A DNA stretch of 62,705 nt, filler included. It is 10 parts of 10 records of this genome, joined end to end, with 100 filler letters (N's around TTAATTAATTAA, not from the genome) between each part and the next. Parts side by side here need not be neighbours in the genome. Positions count along the whole stretch, not along the records: positions 58,871 to 62,705 come from SRR15195285_2178; 9 more parts are not named here. One strand, 5' to 3'. Under the pieces are notes generated by a model. It saw only the letters and a list, made by a program, of their open reading frames with translations, searched no databases and was not told where the DNA came from. Numbering within the stretch: the first letter of the stretch is position 1; the number at the start of each line of letters is the position of its first letter. Both the position numbers and the translations under genes were made by a program. Of this stretch, positions 58,771 through 62,705 are shown one piece after another.

Positions 58771-58870
58771 NNNNNNNNNNNNNNNNNNNNNNNNNNNNNN
58801 NNNNNNNNNNNNNNTTAATTAATTAANNNNNNNNNNNNNNNNNNNNNNNNNNNNNNNNNNNNNNNNNNNN
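58771..58870. other. Artificial contig spacer
   Basis: N44-TTAATTAATTAA-N44. Confidence 0.99.
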
Positions 58871-61800
58871 CTGCAGCTGCTTGAACGCAGCAGATGGTGG
58901 CGACAGAGCTTCAGAGTCGAGATCGTCTGGCTCAGCTGCATCCTGCTTCATATCTGTCAAATCCCACTCTGTTGGTGTGCTGGTTACTGCATTGTTGCTG
59001 GTGCCAGTTGTGCTGCTGTTAGAGTCTTCGTAGTGTAGTGCCCATGCTGCAGTCGAATCCACGGCTTGGTCCGCATCGACAACCACATCTTCAGCGCCCG
59101 CCCCGCCAAGGCGACCCTCCGCGGTCAAGGTCTCGTGAAGATCAAGCTGCTCCACGACAACTACGTCGTTCTGGTCGAGCACGTGCTCCTGCTGGTCTGT
59201 TTTCACCAGATCGGAATCCGCCGCGATTGCGGCTGCAGCTGCAGAGAGGTTCAGCATGCCTGCCTCCTCGGCACTGACCGCTGCAGCTGCTGCTTTTCCG
59301 GGCGACATCACAACAGCATCAGTTTCGGCTCCGGATGCGGGGGGAACGCCTTCTCGGGTCTCCGATGAAACGCTATCGCCATCATCTGAACTTTGGATGA
59401 GGGTACTGGCAGTCTGTGCCACAACCTCGTGCTCATTCTCGTCCTCCTGTTTTTGCTCTCGTTCGCTTTCGCTAGTATCTATAGCTTCTTGAGATCGGTA
59501 CTCTCGCGCAGCACACCACCTACAGAACTCTCCGAACAAGATCAAACCACCTCCATCCGCATCACAGGACGCAAACTCAGCAGCAGCCTCCTCGACGGTT
59601 AATTCCAATCTTAGCCTTGCACATGCTGCCGCGAACTCTTGTTCATCAAGTCTGCGATCATGGTCGTTGTCGATCTCAGCGAACTTGTGCCACAGGTTGT
59701 TAAAGTACACAAGAAAGTACAACAGCTTCGAGAATTCAGAACGCTCGATGAAACCATCGCCGCTTGTGTCTGCTGCCTTGTAAGCACGAATCAGCGCAGG
59801 TTTGTGGTCGAAGTCAGGGACCCCGAGCGCACGCCCGATGTGACCCTCTGTGACAGCCTTATCAATCTCTGCAAGTGAGAGCCCACCGTTCCCATTGACG
59901 TCCATTCTGTTGAAGAGCTCTTGCTGGGCACGCCTGTTTGGCATCATCAGGGTTGGATACTTGATGTGTACTGGCTGAAAGCTACCAGTCCGGTCAGTCA
60001 TGTCGTCGCTAAAATCCTGCACAACCGCAGTCACGGCAGATACTTCTTCGTACTCCCTGACACTGGAAACAGCACCCAGTCCAGCGATCATCACCTGGTG
60101 TGCCACTCGACCTATCCTGGATCGGTCTGGCTCAGCAATTGACCTCGGCTGTAGCTCTGGCTCCGGTTCCGGCATAAGTTCCTCTTCCTCGTACGCTTCT
60201 CCCGCGTCGGCCTCCATCGGTCCTCGCTTCGCAGCTGCTCGTTGGTGCCGCTTCGCAACTCGCATACGATCAGAAAATTCTTTCGTCGAGATAAAGCCAT
60301 CGCCATCGCCGTCCATTTCATCCATCACCTGCCTCATTTCCGCCTTGGAAAGACGTACTCCCAATGACTGTATCGCCGCTCTGAACTCTTTGCGCTCTAA
60401 TCCCCCAGAATTATCCGTATCAAACTGATGGAAAATGTGCAGGATGTTGGCACGCTTCTCTTCAGCCTGCTCCAGAATCTTTTTGAACACCTGTCCCGCA
60501 ACTGATTCTTGTGGATCATGGTGGGGATCCTCCTCATCCTGCAGAAGTTGCTTGAACTCTGCCAACCCGATTGTCCCACCTTCATCGGCGTCAACATGAC
60601 TAAACATCTCGCGAAGGCTTGCATCTGAAACGTCAGTCTCTTTCATCTTGACATCTCTACGGACAGCGCTCCTGAATTCATCAAAGTCAAGCTCGCCACT
60701 GTTGTCTCTGTCATAATGAGCGAAAAGCTTATCCAGGTCAATGCCTCCGACAGAGTACGCGGCGGCTTTAAACTTCTGTCTAAGCAGCTTCAGTTTGTTC
60801 TGCCACACCACGTTCATGAACTCCTCAGATGATATCGTGCCGTCGCCGTCCTTATCTAAGTATTTCATAATCGCTTCAATCTTTCTATCGTCGAAGTGCA
60901 GATTCAGGTGCTTCAGCGCTAGCTTCAGCTCACGCTTGTCCAACTCTCCCGAGCCGTCCTTGTCAATCTTGCGAAAGGCCTCCCTTGCTACTGCTTTCGA
61001 GGTGATCTTGTCCGCGAGCAAGGCCATTGCGCTGGTCAAAAACACAGGTTGAGAGTCTGCAGTCCGCGGGGAGCCGCCTTGGAGAGGTCGTTCGATCCGA
61101 GGTGAGTTGCCAGTATCGATGGTGACCTTGCGCTGCCGTGGCGGGGAGCCAAGCCGATTCGAGGCCCTCCTCGATCGCGGCGCAGACACAGCTCTCGGTA
61201 GAGCCGACTGGCGCGTCGGTGTAGCCCGTGGCGCTGACTTTGCGCGGCGGTCGCGTGGCGCGTGTTCGTTCCTCTTGGCCTCGGCGGCAGCCCGGGCGGC
61301 GTCTCGCTTTTGTGCGTGGCCGTACAGCCGGTTGACCGACTCTTCAAGCGCCCCGTCGCTCATCACAGTCTTTTTCTTGTGGCGCGCCTGGGCTATTTCG
61401 TCTTGAAGCTTTTTTGCTTGCTCCTGCCTGTGCCGCTCTGCCCGTTCCGTCCTCCGGTGACGTTGGGATTCTGCGACCTTCATCAACCGATCTACACTCT
61501 CCTCGATGTTCGTGCCTCCTAGTCTCTTGGAGGCCTGTTTACCACTCGAAAGCGTTGGAGAGAACAATCCCTCGACTTCCTTACGTGCATGCATCCTCCG
61601 AGCAGCATCACGATTCACTTGCTTGAGGCTGTGCTTACTGTGCAGGTTAGCGGCCTTTCGTGCGGTCATCCGGGGAGGAGTTTGCTGAACAGTCGATCCC
61701 ATCGCCTTTCGCGACGCTGCCCCACGACTGGTTCGCTTCTTTACGTTCGGCGTGAAGTTGCACTCGGCCAGCTCCTTCGCCTCTCGCTCTCGCTGTGCTT

Positions 61801-62704
61801 GCAACGCCAACTGTTGCCTGCGCTCCTTTTTCCGCTCATTATCCTGGATGAGACGGTTTGCTAGTGCTTGCTGCCTCTCTTTCTGCTCTGCGATCAGCCT
61901 CAGGCGCTCCTCTTCCTCACGCGTGGGCACTGGTCGCACGACAGCCTCTAGTTTGCGAGCCACGCTCTGGTCTAGTTTCTTTGCTTGAGGGCTGGTTTTG
62001 CCGGTCACAAATGTCGTCAAGCGTTCGCGATCCACTGCACGCTGCTCTGCCACTCTGAGCTTTGCTTGTGTGGCTTGTAGCCTCGCTTCTGCTGCCTGGA
62101 GCTTCGCTTCCATTGCAGACTGGTTGCTGTGACGTGGAGTCTTGGCCCGGTGCGGTGATCTGCCTGTGCTCCTCTTCGGCGAACCGCGCTGCTTGGGCTC
62201 AGAGAGCCTCGCGAGCGTCGGGCTAGTCAGGCGGCGGTTGGCCTTCGTCCTCGAGGCTGACTTTCCACTACGTCCCGTCCCACTGCTCCAGACCGTCGGC
62301 GGCATGGTGTGCGGGGTCCCGTACAGCGCAGGACGAACCACTTGTGCAAGAGTTGACTCGAGCATATCGTGGCCAACGCGGCCCTTCGGCGATCGTTTGG
62401 TGGAACTCTGCTGAGGGCTTGGGCCCTGACTCCAAGGGCCCGGTGTCGCCTCTCCATTGCCTGCCGGCCTGCCCTTGATCTCACTCTCCCAGTGCTGCGT
62501 AAACACCGAGTACAACTCGTCCAGATCCTGCGGGGGGGCGTCATTGCGTTGCAGGGTGCTGCCCCGCCGCGGTGATTGCAACCGAGGAATACGCGACGGG
62601 GAGTTCTGCCGCGGGGTGTGCTTGGCTGGCTGTTGCTTCGGTTCGCGCGGCACTGAACCATCCTCCGTCAGGTGTGGCTCGGGCTCCGGCTCAGGCTCGG
62701 GCTC
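58871..62704 (-). CDS. Large EF-hand protein (10 EF-hands) with calflagin/FCaBP-like module and basic coiled-coil N-terminal half; partial at both ends
   Basis: Frame is open to the window end (EPEPEPEPEPHLTEDGSV). EF loops DKDGSGELD, DKDGDGTIS, DRDNSGELD, DADEGGTIG, DTDNSGGLE, DGDGDGFIS, DVNGNGGLS, DTSGDGFIE, DNDHDRRLD, DADGGGLIL; LSLAEID..KPALIRAY..IERSEF..LL resembles calflagin. Confidence 0.82.
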
Positions 62705-62705
62705 C

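Noticed and set aside
1-62705. Gene cluster or operon interpretation across the window (e.g. linking AK3 with the ADK-channel gene)
   Set aside because: The genes lie on separate contigs joined artificially, and spliceosomal introns show the DNA is eukaryotic.

Overview
The window is an artificial concatenation of 10 contigs (1-9106, 9207-12373, 12474-19086, 19187-29804, 29905-34657, 34758-45339, 45440-49252, 49353-53772, 53873-58770, 58871-62705). They are joined by nine identical 100-nt spacers (N44-TTAATTAATTAA-N44), so adjacency across spacers is not biological. The DNA is from a compact, GC-rich eukaryote, probably a marine flagellated protist (inference). It uses the standard code and has short GT-AG introns (about 55-230 nt; I placed 24 by hand), short spacers between convergent genes and recurrent (EP)n tracts. 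I built 17 gene models by eye; all family calls come from motif recall, not searches. Recognisable genes are a purple acid phosphatase, a 2OG-Fe(II) oxygenase, a bacterial-type S1 protease, FOXRED2-like, a GH168/GHL15-like hydrolase, AK3-like, NPEPL1-like, a calpain, an Sfi1-like protein and a calflagin-like EF-hand protein. Most striking: (1) one spliced gene of >3400 aa fusing a multi-TM region, LRR arrays, a degenerate adenylate kinase, EF-hands, a coiled coil, a 4-TM block and voltage-gated Ca/Na channel repeats; (2) an intronless >3000-aa surface protein built by nested domain-in-domain insertions; (3) a small nuclear protein with a plant ELF4-like domain. No rRNA, tRNA, CRISPR array or transposase was recognised.
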